A model generated the notes under the pieces. The model was not told the DNA's origin. It saw only the letters and a list, made by a program, of their open reading frames with translations, and did no database searches. A DNA stretch of 63,496 nt, counting the filler, from Collodictyon triciliatum (Eukaryota), in NCBI GenBank assembly GCA_043381765.1. It is 11 parts of 11 records of this genome, joined end to end, with 100 filler letters (N's around TTAATTAATTAA, not from the genome) between each part and the next. Parts side by side here need not be neighbours in the genome. Positions count along the whole stretch, not along the records: positions 59,066 to 63,496 come from JBHJMP010004933.1; 10 more parts are not named here. One strand, 5' to 3'. Positions within the stretch are counted from its first letter, which is position 1. Each line of letters begins with the position of its first letter. The translations under genes and the position numbers were made by a program. Positions 63,310 to 63,496 of this stretch are shown here, piece by piece.

Positions 63310-63496
63310 AATTCATATCACCCCACCAAAATGTGAGCATTGAGGCCTCCTTTTTTCTGACCTGTGTATTCCCTACTTTTCTATCTGGCCGCCATATGCT
63401 ATTTTTTGTTGTAGGCAAAAAAAAAAAAAAAAAAACAAAAAAAAAAAGTTTTTTATCAAGGGTTTTTATACAAAAACTTTTTCAAGTGACAGGCTT

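Overview
Eukaryotic nuclear DNA, probably from a microbial eukaryote (lineage not resolvable here): AT-rich, intron-dense, microsatellite-laden, standard genetic code. It is not one locus. Ten identical 100-nt linkers (44 N + TTAATTAATTAA + 44 N) join unrelated contigs of almost equal length (5801-5807 nt), so neighbourhoods across linkers mean nothing. Genes rebuilt by hand across splice sites: WDTC1, an RNF213/mysterin-like AAA+ protein with SAM-like N-terminal repeats, TM9SF3, CEP57, a divergent RPB2, RMND5/GID2, an unknown alpha-solenoid fragment, a MAP10-like protein, a possible divergent SUZ12/EMF2, a myristoylated LRR protein, an AVT1-like amino acid transporter, a PH-C2-RasGAP lacking its catalytic arginines, and two tandem AGTRAP-like paralogs. 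Best leads: the SAM-RNF213-like protein, the pseudo-RasGAP, the SUZ12 candidate, the RPB2 metal-B motif change and weak GC-AG introns. Family assignments rest on recalled motifs; no database search was run.
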